64,000 nucleotides of DNA from Amphiscolops sp. MND2022 (Eukaryota): NCBI GenBank assembly GCA_964187785.1, contig OZ076409.1, forward strand, positions 25,794,001 to 25,858,000, written 5' to 3'. Numbering within the stretch: the stretch's first letter is position 1; each line of letters begins with the position of its first letter. This document shows positions 29,001 to 40,286 of this stretch, piece by piece. Under the pieces are notes generated by a model that did no database searches, was not told the origin of the DNA, and worked only from the letters and a program-made list of their open reading frames with translations. Both the position numbers and the translations under genes were made by a program.

Positions 29001-32000
29001 AAAACAAAATTGGCTTGGATGTTCCCATGAAGTATGTAAAACGTTCAAGCAATCTCGACTAGGGAATGGAAGTTCGTCAAAAGTCTCTATGATGATGATT
29101 CAGCTACGGTTGACATATTGAATATGGAAACATTTATTCCGAATATGTTCTGAAACATATATTCATTGTTTTCCGTCCAAATTTCTTTCGGTTCAAAAAC
29201 GCAGCAGCGTTTTCTTCCAAAACTTGCCATTTCCCAATTTTTAACCAAGTTGAAGGGTTTCACCCATAGAATTCAACTGACGTAAATTTAATTTCGAGCG
29301 ACATGTATTTGATGATTTTTCGGATGTTTTTGGTTGACCACAACGAGAACCCCGAATTCACCCCAAAAATGGAGATTAATTTTTTACAAATCTTATGCAC
29401 TGTTTGCCAAATTTTCGACAGATTCTGTTGATTTAAACATTATAACCGTCTAACAACGAATGAAGTCGTTGTTGTGAAGGATTGTTTTGTGGAGATGGAA
29501 CTCAGTGGTAGAAAATTGTCACAACATGACCTAAAATTAAAAAAAAAACATAATTATTCCATTTTTAATGCAATTTTTGTAAATTTTCAACGATTTCGTA
29601 AATATAACTTCAAACTCGTTCATCCACAATTGAATCCGTTTTGCAGTAGGATTCTTAAACGGAAATATGCAGTTCAGCATTTGAAATATGCCTTCAACTG
29701 ACGCCAAAAACGTTGAGAAATCAATATGTTTCCAGTTTATGTCGTTTAGCATGCAATTGGTATACAATTGTTGAAGGTTTTTGTGAGTTAATAAGACTCA
29801 AACCGTTCAAAGACGAATAAATTAGCTATGCAGTATGTCGTTTGAAGGGAAAGATGAAGTGTTTTGATACAATGAGTCGGTGAATCAAAATATCTATATT
29901 TTGAAACTTTCCTGGAACCTTTGTGAAATTTCGCTGTTAACAATTTGGGAAATCTTTAACAATTGGAGTCGATATCCATTCCGCTTTTTTGAAGCGAATT
30001 TGTCCGACTTATAATTGAAAAAAGCATCACCATGACGCTTAGAAAAGTCAAATATTTGAAAGTTTCCAATTTTCGACAATGCTAGTGAATATTTGTGAAA
30101 AGTGTCACGAGTTAAACGGTTCTAAAAGCTCCAGACGAAACATCCGACTTGGCAGTACGCCTTTTGAAGAAATAATTTACAATTTTCTAGTGGAACAATT
30201 AATCGGAATGACCCGAAAAATGTTGACATACAGAAAATTTTCAGAAAGTTCTGAAAATTTTCTGTATTTCAACATTTTTCGGGTTTTTCATTTTTATTGT
30301 TTAAATTTTCAATCAAGTTCGTTGGTTGGAATAATGAAAATATTCAACAACAAGCAAACGCTTGATCTGATCCAGGAAGCTTTTTGAAAGTCAATCGCTG
30401 TTTTGAGCAGGAAAAGAGCCTCGAAAAAACCCTAAAATAGTGAAAAAACTGAGAGTTAATCTTTTTCATATTGTTTACAAAGATTAGAACATACTGGAAC
30501 GTTTTTGAGTTAGGCTTTTCAAAACTTTGACAAAGAAAAAGCTATGCAGCTTGCTCATTTGATGAGAATTTCGCCACTTCGTGCTCAACAATCAGTATGA
30601 ACTCAATAGGCCGAAAAATTCACACACCTGCTTTTTTTCTCTGTCGTGGACAAGATTTTGAGATTGAATGGAGTAGTTATCCAGTGCGCTTTTGTTGTAG
30701 AAACACATGCAGATTGTGTTAGAAAACTGCCTCCTAAGGACCACAAATTAATCGAGAAAATAATCATTTTCCAGTTTTTGACAATTTCAGTTTTCTCATG
30801 AAAATTAGAACAATAACATCTGTTCGAAGTTCAAAAAGCTCGGAACGATAAAACTAGGATTGAACTGAAAACAAGGATGACTTTGGAGCTTTCCAGAGTG
30901 TCGCTCTTTTGAACACTTTCAAATTGATCTATACTAATACATTTAATTGAGCCAACGCTTTGAATTTAGGGTATAGTTCGGATATAACGAACAGAACTAG
31001 AAAAGTAGCAAAAATGGTCTTTTTGTCCGGACAAAATTTTAAAGTTTTAGACTATTCAAAGCAATGTACAACTTTTCAAATCTGTATGATACTTTTAGGC
31101 GGATAGATTATCAAGTGACAGTTCCAATATCAAACTCTTTTGGCTGGTTTCAATATCAAACAGTTCCAATATCAAACCAATTTTCTCGTAAAGGCGTTTT
31201 TCAACATTTTAAACTAAACTACGCTTTTTGGGGTATCCTCGTCTTGTTCAGTCCATAAAATTCTGTTCTTTTTTCTTGTCGAACAACTTTTTGGGGCTGT
31301 TTTGAGTGAGTATACAAAAAAAATTCAGTGCCACTCCATATTTTGTAAGTAATTTAACTACTGTGGGGTTGCATTCATACCAACTACGCTGTATCCGGAT
31401 ACAGATTCAATCGTACAATAGATTACAGCTAAAACTTGAATACACATTGACGATTTCGACACCAAATGTTTTGACTCACTTTTTCCTCACTAGCACCTTC
31501 GTGCATGTAAGCCAAAAACGCAGAAAGAACAGAAGAGTTTCCACCTCGGGCGCAGTAATGCAAGGGGGTTTCAGCCGTCTGAAAAAAACATGCTATACGT
31601 TAACAGCAAAGTTAGAAAAAACCGTTTCGGAAGTTGTTCATACCAAAGTGGAGCCTTTAAACAGATCTGCTTCGTACTCGAGAAGTAGTTTCGCTATCAT
31701 TAGTTCTTCTAGTTCATAATGTGCGCTTTCTGGGGTTAACTCGGCTACAAGGTGAACCGCAGTCTCACCTTCCTGTAAACAGAAGAACGTGACATTGTAT
31801 GCATACAATGCATATCAAAAGTACAGTAGTGATGTTATTAAAAGCCACAAAAGGCAAATCTCAAAATCGAATATCTCTAAAACGGTAGCGTTTTTTTAAA
31901 AGTGATAAAAGTAAAATCTTCCACGATTTTTATCTAGTTTACAAATATGCTTGTTTGAAGATTATGCCATTTTTAGCCAAATTTAGGTCAAAATTGAGGT

Positions 32001-35000
32001 TTTTCTCACTTTTGATATACTTGTGCTCAAAATTTTTGAAACATGTTATGTTCAATTGACCCCCTGATTTAACTGAAGCCCCTGATATGTTTTGATTGAG
32101 AAATCATTCTAAAATCTCAAGCTCGTACTAATACATTTTACAATATTTTCAAGAAAAAATTATATTGTCAGATTCAAGATGTTTGGGAGAACTTTTTTTG
32201 TCAAAATTGGTTTTGAAATCAAAAAATTTGAAAAAACTAACGAACGATGTTTTGGAAATCGCTCTCGACCAATGAAATGAGCGCGTGAGACGTTATTTTG
32301 ACAATGAAATTTGTTTATTTGCACTCTTTCCATTTCCGCGTGATTTGTAGCTTTTAATAATATCAATATCACTACTGTAGTCAACCAAGGTCAACTGATA
32401 GCATAGAAACTATAAGTGCAAATCTCAAGCATTCAAATCTCACCCACATGTAAAAGAATTTAATTTACCGAAAAAATATCAGCCACTCTTTTATCAAACT
32501 TTTAAAATTGCAAAACAAAGGGACTTTTGTCATAACCATATTCATCATCACTTTGATGAGAATCCACTGAATTCTTTCTATGGTGATTTATTCTTCGGTT
32601 ACTACTCGTTGCTACTAATCTGGGGAAATCTGTCTGAGCATCATGGGCCACTTGGCTAACATCTTCCGGATGCTGTCCATTTGACCGACAGTCCCTCTGG
32701 GGATGTACTTGACTAAAATTACTCGGATGCGGTCCATCTGACCGAAGGTCCAAATTTGTTTTTTTTTAGCTGAGTTTTGGCTTCCAACAGCGTTTCTAAT
32801 GCTCGGTAACACCCTGTTCTCAATTGCAGTGTTAATCGCATCTAGTATGCGTGTATTCAGATCACATGTCATTTCCGCGAGTTTTCTAGACATCTGTGAT
32901 GAAACCTCTGAGCTAATTGCTCTACTAGTTTCTACGGTTAAACCACTATTCTCATCAAGATTAGTGTTCAAGTAAGACCTGAATTCACTATCATTTTGGT
33001 TCAATTGTCTTTTTCGTCTATTTAACCTTTCGTCCATTTCGTTATCGATATTACCTTCTTGCATTTCTATGTTATCTCTCTGATACCTTCCTAACATTAC
33101 ATCGAGATTTTCAATATCAGACATTACGTCAGATTGTCTGGAACGCTTTTCCTTTGCTTTCTGTTTTCTAGTTGAAGGCATATTCAAAGAGAGATTTGAT
33201 TTCAACAATGAATTGTCAGAATAACAAATGAGCAATATCGTGTATCAAGTGTAAGCAGTGTATACTATCAATGAATGTTTAGCAACAAATTCCGTGTATA
33301 TATAGTCAAAACAGCATGACACATACAAATTTGTGCGTCAGGTAGCTAATTTTAAAATTAAATCAGTCTAAATTTAGCTCTAGCTTAGTTATTAGGTCAC
33401 AAGTTCTAAAAAGACATTGGGAAGCTAGGCGTTACGTCATTTTGGGAGGCGAGGTATAAATAGCGACTAACTTGTGTTATATTTCCTTACATATTACTAA
33501 TTCTAGATTAAAACAACATTTCATGTAGCGGCAGTATCAATTTTCAACAAAATAACAATTCTGACTGAACGTCAGCATGACTGCAATAAGTGGTTCGTTC
33601 TGCATTCTGATTTGCTAAGAGGTTTTTGGACCACGCTTCAACTGGACTGCAACAACGAGTTAGTTGAACGCGTTCCCAACACCCTAGCCTGCTTCACAAG
33701 TTGGTAAAGCACCTCTTTGCCTCATTTAATGTTCAACTACAATCTATTGCACCGGAAGTATATGTCGCACCGTCAAAGTATTGGAGTTACCCAACAGATT
33801 ACATATGAAATGATACTAAGGACGGTATTGAAAATAGTTTAAGTAATGAGCTGCCGTCAAATTGACCTTTGGTCAAAGCATTGAAATATCAATTAACAAA
33901 TTGGCCATTTAGTCTACTTTACATGAAATCATATTGGAAATGAGATAAAGAACGTAACATATAATGTTTCAAGTGTTTTATAAAGGTAGTACACCGGGTC
34001 CAGGGTTACTTCGGTCGTTCTCTGGGGCGATTTGATAATACATGCCATCACAGGCGGCAGTCTCCGACAACTATATATACCAAGATGGTGCCTGTACTAA
34101 TGGAAAACAAGCCGGGACCGGCCCAAGTCGGCGCCATATCCAAGGCTCAAAAATAGCAAAAAGACTTCCAAGTGTCAAGTATTCTTTTACAGTAGTCGAA
34201 AATCGAAAATTTTTCGAAAAAATTTTTTTTTGAAAAAATTACATATTAAAAAAATGGACCGAGTGGCGCGCCAACACCTCACAATGCCGAAAAACTGAAA
34301 GGGGGACCCTTTGAGGTTTTTCAACATCCATTCTGTCGCAAAACATGAAAAAATTGAAGAAAAAAATTTTTTTTATTGTCGGGAAAAAATGTCACAATGC
34401 CGAAAAAACTGAAAGGAGGAACCCTTTGGGATTTTCCAACATCCATTCTGTCGCAAAACATCAAAAAAATGCAGGGGGACCTTTTGAGGAAAAAAAAATT
34501 CGAAAAAAAAATCCGAAAAAAATGTCTCGCAGTGCCGAAAAAAAAATTGAAAGGGGGGACTCTTTGGTCTCGCCCGGTATGGTATGTTACGCGGAAAAAC
34601 AGGTAAAACCATTTTGGTCCAGTTCGCTAGGCCAAATGGTGCAATTTGACACCATAATATTTTGTAGAACTTTTAAGAACTATTTTGGTCAGTTCGTGTG
34701 GATAGAAAAAAAAGTCACTATAATAGTCGCGTTTCACTTCATGAAGCGCCGACTAAAAACAGGCGCAATAGCGTTTTGTGAACACAAATTTTCGTTGGCT
34801 GACAAAAAGTGAAAAAAATCATGCTTTCTGTCAATTAAAAACAAAAATTCCATAGATCAATCGGATGATAGAAATATTTCATGTGAGATATCTTGCACGA
34901 TTTTGCAAAAAGGGTGCATTATACTTGAAAAATTAATTTCTCGATAAAAAAGGGAGTTATTGTTTCTTTCAAACCGCTTTGGAGTGAGATTTTCGTATTC

Positions 35001-36004
35001 AAGTCTTCCACAGAACCAATCATCCTTCGTAATTTTTTTCACGTATTCCTGCTAGACATAAGTACAAAACTGTAGGTAACTAACAGCGTTGGGCAAGTTG
35101 ACTAATTTGACTGCATCGGCGTGAGTCATTTCTTCGACAGTGTACTCGAGAAGCTGTTTGGTGATCTGGTAGTGACAAAAGCGCACACTCATATGCACAA
35201 TCGTCTCGCCAGTCTAGAAGAAACGAAATCTTAATTCAGCAATAATTCAAACGAACGATGTCGGGTTCTATATTTGATTGATCGACACATTAAGTCACTT
35301 AAGCAACCCTTGTTGATGAAAAATCACAAAAAACATTACGTATTTTACAGTTTTTATGTGTTTTTAAACCGGGTGAAGTGATTAAATAGGCAGCCATTTA
35401 AAGAATATTCCAAGAATTCTTGGAAACTTTCTTGAAATTTGAGAACAACAATTGCATCATTGTTGCATGTATTGATAAATTCAGGTTTCCTGAATATTCA
35501 ATTTTCCACTTAAGACCTGTTTTTCCATATTCGGTGACCTTTTGACCCCATTTTTCAACCGGACCTTCACCTTTTTCAAACTCAGTGCACTTCTCATACC
35601 TCTGACGTAATAGTTGGGTCTGCGTTCTCACCCAGCAGAAACTTCAACACTTTCATGTTTCCGTGTCGCACTGCAACATGGGCCGGGGTTTCTCCTGTTG
35701 CATCTTGTGCGTTTACATTGGCCCCAGACTTGATCAACATTTCGGCCACTTTTTCCCCATTGGTGAGAACCTTGCTCGCAATATGTAGTGGGGTCTGTTT
35801 GTCAGTACTCGCAAACAACTGGACGTTAGCTCCAAAACCCAGAAGTGTCTGGACCACTATGGGTTTGCACTTGCGCACAGCCAGATGAAGGGCAGTCTGG
35901 CCGTCTTTGTTTTTGAAGTCCACATTGGCTCCTTTTTCACAAAGGGCTTTAACTACAGCAACGTGACCTTGAGCGGCCGCCACATGAAGACAAACTGATC
36001 CAGT
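1859..36004 (-). CDS. nompC: TRPN/NompC ankyrin-repeat mechanosensitive TRP channel, partial multi-exon gene (18 exons in window)
   Basis: Exons splice in frame into a long ankyrin array, then linker SPAPLEIAVKL...RAKDL, then LDVMIECEQKEVVAH, ELLHPSDKGGLG and QILEFLTFHHMFGPWGIIISDLMKDL. This is colinear with Drosophila NompC as I recall it (LDVLIENEQKEVIAH; ELTNPSDKSGLG; QILDFLSFHHLFGPWAIIIGDLLKDL). The N-terminal exons and the pore/C-terminal exons were not found in the window. Confidence 0.95.
2455..2598 (-). CDS. nompC: TRPN exon (S2-S3; ELLHPSDKGGLG)
   Basis: ttttcag/gtaatt, 144 nt, phase 1/1. Confidence 0.92.
3011..3114 (-). CDS. nompC: TRPN exon (S1; SHIYFITLLTV...WSEWLI)
   Basis: tctacag/gttggt, 104 nt, phase 2/1. 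Confidence 0.88.
3645..3898 (-). CDS. nompC: TRPN exon (pre-S1 elbow; SEDLHGVSMLDV...LLYIT)
   Basis: cttctag acceptor; the frame requires a phase-2 donor at ACCAG|ggatgt (non-canonical). Confidence 0.88.
4085..6088 (-). mobile_element. Solo LTR (2004 bp) in a TRPN intron, containing a gag-like N-terminal coding stretch
   Basis: TG...CA termini; perfect TSD ATCAT at 4080-4084 and 6089-6093; MSLSQGTVLRNGK and the coiled-coil ORF at 4081-4332 lie at its 3' end. Confidence 0.85.
6307..6555 (-). CDS. nompC: TRPN exon (linker FIFDLIL...SPAPL...KIVK)
   Basis: ttttcag/gtgagt, 249 nt. Confidence 0.92.
6911..7117 (-). CDS. nompC: TRPN exon (last ankyrin repeats, AHWAPLHFAAKAGH...LIADNR)
   Basis: attgcag/gtaaag, 207 nt. 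Confidence 0.92.
7278..7664 (+). mobile_element. Helentron-associated (HINE/DINE-1-like) non-autonomous repeat
   Basis: 5' tagtcggcgc; 3' gcgccgact sub-TIR, short hairpin, ttgtt. Confidence 0.65.
7823..8584. mobile_element. MITE with CCC...GGG termini and subterminal TCTTGCAAGA palindrome arrays (EnSpm/CACTA-like)
   Basis: ccctggttgaaaa / ttttcaactaggg TIRs, TG on both flanks, many tcttgcaaga copies near both ends. Confidence 0.65.
8824..9021 (-). CDS. nompC: TRPN exon (GTTPLHLAAQQGH...VNRTDD)
   Basis: tatccag/gtaatc, 198 nt. Confidence 0.92.
9961..10554 (+). mobile_element. HINE-like repeat with triplicated 5' head
   Basis: tagtcggcgct heads at 9965, 10021 and 10078; 3' gcgccgactttagacgttctcgtcttgtt. 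Confidence 0.7.
10607..10992 (+). mobile_element. HINE-like repeat
   Basis: Same termini; 3' ggcgccgacttgggccgttcccggcttgtt. Confidence 0.7.
11398..11610 (-). CDS. nompC: TRPN exon (VNGQQV...GFSPLHLAAQRGHENVVRILLNS...AIN)
   Basis: cacacag/gttggt, 213 nt; matches NompC GNENVVRLLLNSAGVQ. Confidence 0.9.
12649..12822 (-). CDS. nompC: TRPN exon (EGLTPLHLAAQYGH...ELLQN)
   Basis: tttccag/gtaata, 174 nt. Confidence 0.92.
13134..13235 (-). CDS. nompC: TRPN exon (VSGSTCLHLAAAGG...LEEND)
   Basis: tttgtag/gtaatt, 102 nt; translated by hand. Confidence 0.9.
14254..14880 (+). mobile_element. HINE-like repeat
   Basis: Same termini; lies inside a small TIR element (tgtaacttcttgtacgtg at 14231, cacgtacaagaagttaca at 14940). 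Confidence 0.7.
14956..15285. mobile_element. Foldback/MITE with about 110-bp TIRs
   Basis: caatttgccgag...gtcaattcacttcaa is mirrored by ttgaagtgaattgac...ctcggcaaattg. Confidence 0.75.
15501..15707 (-). CDS. nompC: TRPN exon (DQQTPLHLAAENN...EDRDS)
   Basis: tgtttag/gtatgt, 207 nt. Confidence 0.92.
15948..16046 (-). CDS. nompC: TRPN exon (AKRTPLHMAAFEG...AKDM)
   Basis: tttctag/gttagt, 99 nt. Confidence 0.92.
16243..16813 (+). mobile_element. HINE-like repeat
   Basis: Same termini and internal aagggtcccc repeats. Confidence 0.7.
18009..18209 (-). CDS. nompC: TRPN exon (QGSTALHFACENG...LDILSL)
   Basis: tgctcag/gtaaga, 201 nt. Confidence 0.92.
18869..18967 (-). CDS. nompC: TRPN exon (AGWSPLMVAAEHGH...IDLFDE)
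   Basis: cacacag/gtaaaa, 99 nt. Confidence 0.92.
19074..19187. repeat. Minisatellite, about 5 x 21 bp (atgatattcgcatggaaccac)
   Basis: Direct tandem units; produces the spurious PCEYHVV ORF. Confidence 0.85.
19998..20475 (-). mobile_element. HINE-like repeat
   Basis: aacaagacgggaacgtct...agcgccgactaaaaa on the plus strand (reverse orientation). Confidence 0.7.
22270..26995 (-). mobile_element. Decayed Ty3/Gypsy internal region (gag-PR-RT-RH-IN), no LTRs seen
   Basis: Fragments CNYCGLNGH (gag), VIDTGS (protease), FIDDIL (RT), YSINELELLAVVW and ADYLSR (RNase H), HTGRDAM...CQGC, SIDFAG and RSDPG (integrase); many frameshifts; boundaries approximate. Confidence 0.9.
24296..24969. mobile_element. 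Non-autonomous Tc1/mariner-type MITE inserted in the Gypsy RT
   Basis: About 40-bp TIRs (cagtagtgtgaagaaagaatgcgact.../...agtcgcattctttcttcacaccactg), TA duplication; removing it rejoins RT VPLDI|LTSKHCN. Confidence 0.88.
31480..31578 (-). CDS. nompC: TRPN exon (TAETPLHYCARGGN...EEK)
   Basis: ttttcag/gtgagt, 99 nt; matches NompC ETAFHYCAVAGN; donor position uncertain. Confidence 0.85.
31644..31772 (-). CDS. nompC: TRPN exon (EGETAVHLVAELT...KGSTL)
   Basis: tttacag/gtatga, 129 nt; translated by hand. Confidence 0.88.
31824..32377. mobile_element. Tc1/mariner-type MITE
   Basis: TIRs cagtagtgat...ttattaaaagc and gcttttaataa...atcactactg, flanked by TA. Confidence 0.75.
32528..34069 (-). mobile_element. 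Solo LTR (about 1540 bp) containing a gag-like N-terminal coding stretch
   Basis: TG...CA termini; flanks ACTTT/ACTAT (1 mismatch); ORF MPSTRKQKAKEKRSRQSD... with a frameshift, ending DDEYGYD at the LTR edge like EEDYH in the full-length element. Confidence 0.7.
34106..34758 (-). mobile_element. HINE-like repeat
   Basis: aacaagccgggaccggcccaagtcggcgcc...gcgccgactaaaaa. Confidence 0.7.
35085..35213 (-). CDS. nompC: TRPN exon (TGETIVHMSVRFCH...VNLPNA)
   Basis: cttctag/gttagt, 129 nt; not in the ORF track, translated by hand. Confidence 0.88.
35600..36004 (-). CDS. nompC: TRPN exon (ankyrin repeats TGSVCLHVAAAQGH...ADPTITSE)
   Basis: ttttcag acceptor, gtatga donor, 405 nt, phase 0/0. Confidence 0.93.
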
Positions 36005-37387
36005 CTGAAAACAAAATCAAGGTCACAAAAACACCTCTCATTTTGAATTACGATCTGGGTTGGTACAATTTAAATATGATTCCTTTGAGTTGTTAAATAC
36101 TTTTCAACACACGAGTATCAATGTGTAAAGTCTAACCTTAAAAAATCCATAATCACTGGATTGAACAATTTGAATCTTATCGAACAAGTTGATTTCAAAA
36201 CACTTTTCGAAAATTATCCAGATTTTACTTTTGCTGTGTGTGCGGTCCAGAAGCTTGTTCCCAGGGAAAACAGCGATGTTAAAAAGACGGTATTTGATTC
36301 GTAATCGGTTAGATTGTTGATGTTGTCTCAATGTTCGATTATGAAAATCAAAGGAAAAAACGATGTATTTTTTCATAAAAGACTATTCAAAAAGTCTCAG
36401 AAAAATTTTCTCAGAAAAACTCCGTCAAAGCCAAGTACTTGTCAATCACAGGAATTCAACGTGGGCAAATATTGAGTTTTAATGATCTTCCTCGAACTAT
36501 TCACGAGTCTCATTACACTTTCTCTGTATTTTTATACAAAGGTCAAGAATTGAATTTTCTAAACGCAAGTGAAGAATCGAAGTAAAATTTAGCGCTCAAA
36601 AATTCATCGTTAGGTTTTGAAGAGCATATAAAAATTCGATGACTTATTTTAGTTTCAAAATTGCTCTTTAAGATTTCTTCAGAACGCTTTGTTGAATCCA
36701 GTAATTTGTTCCGGTGTTTACACCAGGGAATGAAATGTTGGTGCTTTTGTGGATGAAACCTAAATCTTTGTCTGGCACACACATTCAGTCCTGGAACTTC
36801 ATGGTCTGCTTCTTCCAGTGTTGCCAGACAAATCCCACCGTCTCAAAAACTGGATTTCTGGAGCTTTGGAATAGACTCAATGGTCCGGTTATTAGGATTA
36901 TTAAAGCTCCACTTTTTCTACAGTTTTATCGATAACTTTTAAAGTTGCTGAATTTTATTTACAAAATGTTATACAGAAAACAAGAAAATATTACAATACT
37001 TCTATATGTACACGCACTTTCTCGTAAAGCCAGTTCTAGAAGATTATCTCGCGACAAGAGGCATTAGTAAGTGACTGTAATCATGTTACAGTAACCTGTG
37101 ATATTTAGTTGTGACACTGCAAAATCTCTTTTCAATTTTGCTTTCTTTGATTTCGTGCCAATTCGATTTAACGGTTGTTTGATTTCCAACTTTCCTAATA
37201 AATAATACTTTGAGAGTTCCAAATAAATTTCACTCTTTCTAAACACCGTTGCTGATCTAGTTTCAACAAAAACTGCTTTGTAAAGTCTAGCTCTTGTTAT
37301 TGGATCAAAATTCAACAAAATCGTTTCTTCGAGTCTTAGCTGCAGATAAATTAATTTCCTGAGATTAGTGGGAAATACAAAAATTTG

Positions 37388-37496
37388 ATGACAATGGAGA
37401 ATGGATACGCCGTGCAACAAATGCCCAAAACATCCTGCTCACTGAAGTTCTCCCAAAAGATGCGTCAGAGTTTGGTTCTTGCGGGGATTTTTGCTG
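37388..37496 (+). CDS. SLC1-family (dicarboxylate/amino acid:cation symporter, EAAT/ASCT-like) transporter, coding exon 1
   Basis: ATG start, MTMENGYAVQQMPKTSCSLKFSQKMRQSLVLAGIFAG, perfect G|gtaagt donor in phase 1 that matches the phase-1 acceptor at 41149. Confidence 0.75.
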
Positions 37497-38126
37497 GTAA
37501 GTGAGACACTGTTCAAAACTCCTGCTAATGAAACATCAATTTTTCAAATAGAATTTTAGCGAAATTAAGTTCAGGAAACTTTCATATGATAACTGTTGGA
37601 TTCAAACCACGTAAGGAAGATTTAGTGTACAGGCAACAGTAATGCCCTCTACAGTAATCTCGGAAGAATAAATAAGTTCAATGTAAGCCGGGCCTTTCAG
37701 AGGAATATGACTTTATTCAATTGAACAACCCCTTATCAAGTTATCAAGTTTGTATGAGAAAAACGTACTGTACCGAGAAATATCCCATAAAACATTCGAC
37801 CTAGTTACGCTTAGCGAATTTGAAAAAATATGTATTCGTGTGAGTGGTTCGAATTGAAGCACTTGTTTGACGTTTAGTGAAAATAGTGATGTAGAAACTC
37901 TCAAGAAATCAAGAAAAATGCTTCAAATTATTCTTGCATTTAAACAAGTCGGGAACGTCTCAAACCGGCGCTCCGCTGAGGGCTCAAAAAGCGAAGAGTT
38001 TCTAAATGCTCAAGTAAAATTTGATAAATATAAGCGGGTGGAAAATATCAAAAGGAAGCCTTTCGTACTCGGAACACGCTGTTCACTAACTAAAAACGTA
38101 TTGCTCTAAATAAGTTTCCTTGCTTG

Positions 38127-40143
38127 AAAAAGTTTCCGAAAAAAATTCGGCTTCATGGTTTTTTTTCAGAACTTTTGAAAAAGCGCTATTTTTGACTATT
38201 TTTCATCTTTGATCCCCTATATCTCAGAACTGAGACCGAATACAGGGTCCATGGTTTCGTAAATTGTACAACCGTTTTATAGGCTACAATTTGGCCTAAA
38301 AATGACGTCAATTTTTTCCATAATCGGTGTTTTTGGGAAAAAAAGACAAAAAAAAATTCGAAAAATTTTTTCTCATTCGTAGCTCACATTTCTCAAAACT
38401 GATAAAAGATACAGAAACCGTTCTCTTTCGAGAAGAACAGCATAGACATAGGCTACTTTTTGGACCAACAAAAGTTACCGTCATCAAGTATGATGCCTTC
38501 GTTTTTCTGCCAAATTCTTCAATTTCTTTCAAAAAATTTCTTGGTTCTTTTTTACTTGAGCTCGTATATCTCATGAACGAGACCAAATATGGGGTTCATG
38601 GTTTCGTTAATTTTACGAGGCTTATGTAGGCTACGTTTTAGGCTAAAAGTGATGTCGAATTTTTTTCGCTCTGGATTTTTTTTAGCAAATAAAATAATGA
38701 AAAAATTTTTCTGCATTTTTTCCAATTTTTTTCCAAATTATAGCTGATTTTTCTCAGAACTAAAAATGAATACGAAAACCATTCTCCCTCACAAAGTGAG
38801 GCAAGTATGTGGGCTACCTTTTGTACTATCAAAGTTTCCGGCATGAAGTATGACGCCTTCGGGATTCTGCCAAAAATACATTTTTTCATTTTTCCCAAAA
38901 AAATTTTTCTTCATCTTTTTAGTTCTTTCATCAGAAGATCCTCATCCTGATCTGAGACTGTATAAGTTCACAAGGTTGTGGGCCCTGGAACAGAAAGAAT
39001 TTTTAACATCTTCTGCAGACCATTAAACGTTTCTGCTCGTGCCCAAGCGCGACATGCCGTCGCGCCTATGTTTTTTTCGCAGATTGCGTGACATGTGCCA
39101 ATTTTTCAAATTTGTGAGACAAATTTATCAAAACCCATAACAGATACGGACACCATGTTTTCGCTAAAAGTTCTGCAAGATCCTAGGCTACACTTTCGCC
39201 GAAAAAAGTTTTCGGAAAAAATTCGGCTTCTTGGATTTCTTTCGAAAGAATTTTTGAAAAAAAGCTTTTTTTGACTAATTTTCATATTTCATCCCCTATA
39301 TCTCAGAACTGAGACCAAATGCGGGGTCCATGGTTTCGTAAATTGTACAAGCGTTCCATAGGCTACATTTTGAACGAAAAATGACGTCAATTTTTTTTCA
39401 TACTTGGTGTTTTTGGGCAAAAAAAAGGACAATAAACTTTTTTCGAAAATTTTTTCTCATTCGTAGCTCATATTTCTCAAAACTGATAAAAGATACAGAA
39501 ACCGTTCTCTTTCGAGAAGAACAACATAGATATAGGCTACTTTTTTGGACCAAAAAAGTTACCGTCATTAAGTATAACGCCTCCTTTTTCTGCCAAAAAA
39601 AACTCCATTTTTTTCCAAAAAATTTTCTCGATTCTTTTTTACTTGAGCTCGTATATTTCATGACCGAGACCAAATATGGGGTTCATGGTTTCGTTAATTT
39701 TACGAGTTTTTTGTAGGCTACGTTTTAGGCTAAAAGTGATGTCAAATTTTTTTCGCTCTGGATTTTTTGTAATGAAAAAAATTTTCTGAACTTTTTCCAT
39801 TTTTTTCCAATTTGTAGCTGATTTTTCTCAGAACTGAAAATGGACACGAAAACCATTCTCCCTCACAAAGTGAGGCAAGTATGTAGGCTACTTTTTGTAC
39901 TATCAAAGTTTTGGTCATGAAGTATGCGCCTTCGGGTTTCTGCCAAAAATCCATTTTTTCATTTTTCTCAAAAAAAATTTTCCTTCATCTTTTTAGCTCT
40001 TCTATCAAAATAACCTCATCTGAGACTGGATAAGTTCACAAGGTTGTGGGCCCTGGAAAACAAAGAATTTGTAACACCTTCTGCAGACCACTGAACGTTT
40101 CTGCTCGTGCCCAAGCGTGACATGCCGTCGCGCCTATGTTTTT
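38127..40143 (+). repeat. Two tandem copies of a roughly 1 kb repeat, each ending in a GC hairpin and T run (Helitron/Helentron-like 3' end)
   Basis: Copies at about 38127-39077 and 39203-40143; each ends gcgYgacatgccgtcgcgcctatgtttt. Confidence 0.7.
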
Positions 40144-40286
40144 AAATGTGGACAATTATGTGTAAGGTCTATGGTCTCACGAACAGAATTGCCTCCGAAC
40201 ATTTGCTCCCTGATGCGTTTCAGAGGTATCATTTAGTTGAACAAAGTGAACAAAAGTTTCGTCGCTTTCGCGCCTGTGTTACGAAC

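Noticed and set aside
34345..34812. Lys/Phe-rich ORFs here and at about 10.1-11.0, 16.5, 20.0 and 38.3-39.9 kb
   Set aside because: They are translations of A/T-run-rich non-coding repeats.
36700..37345. Possible minus-strand exons (LRLEETILL...; KSGALIIL...) as upstream TRPN exons
   Set aside because: No ankyrin motif or recognisable homology, and the second ends in a stop; cannot be supported.
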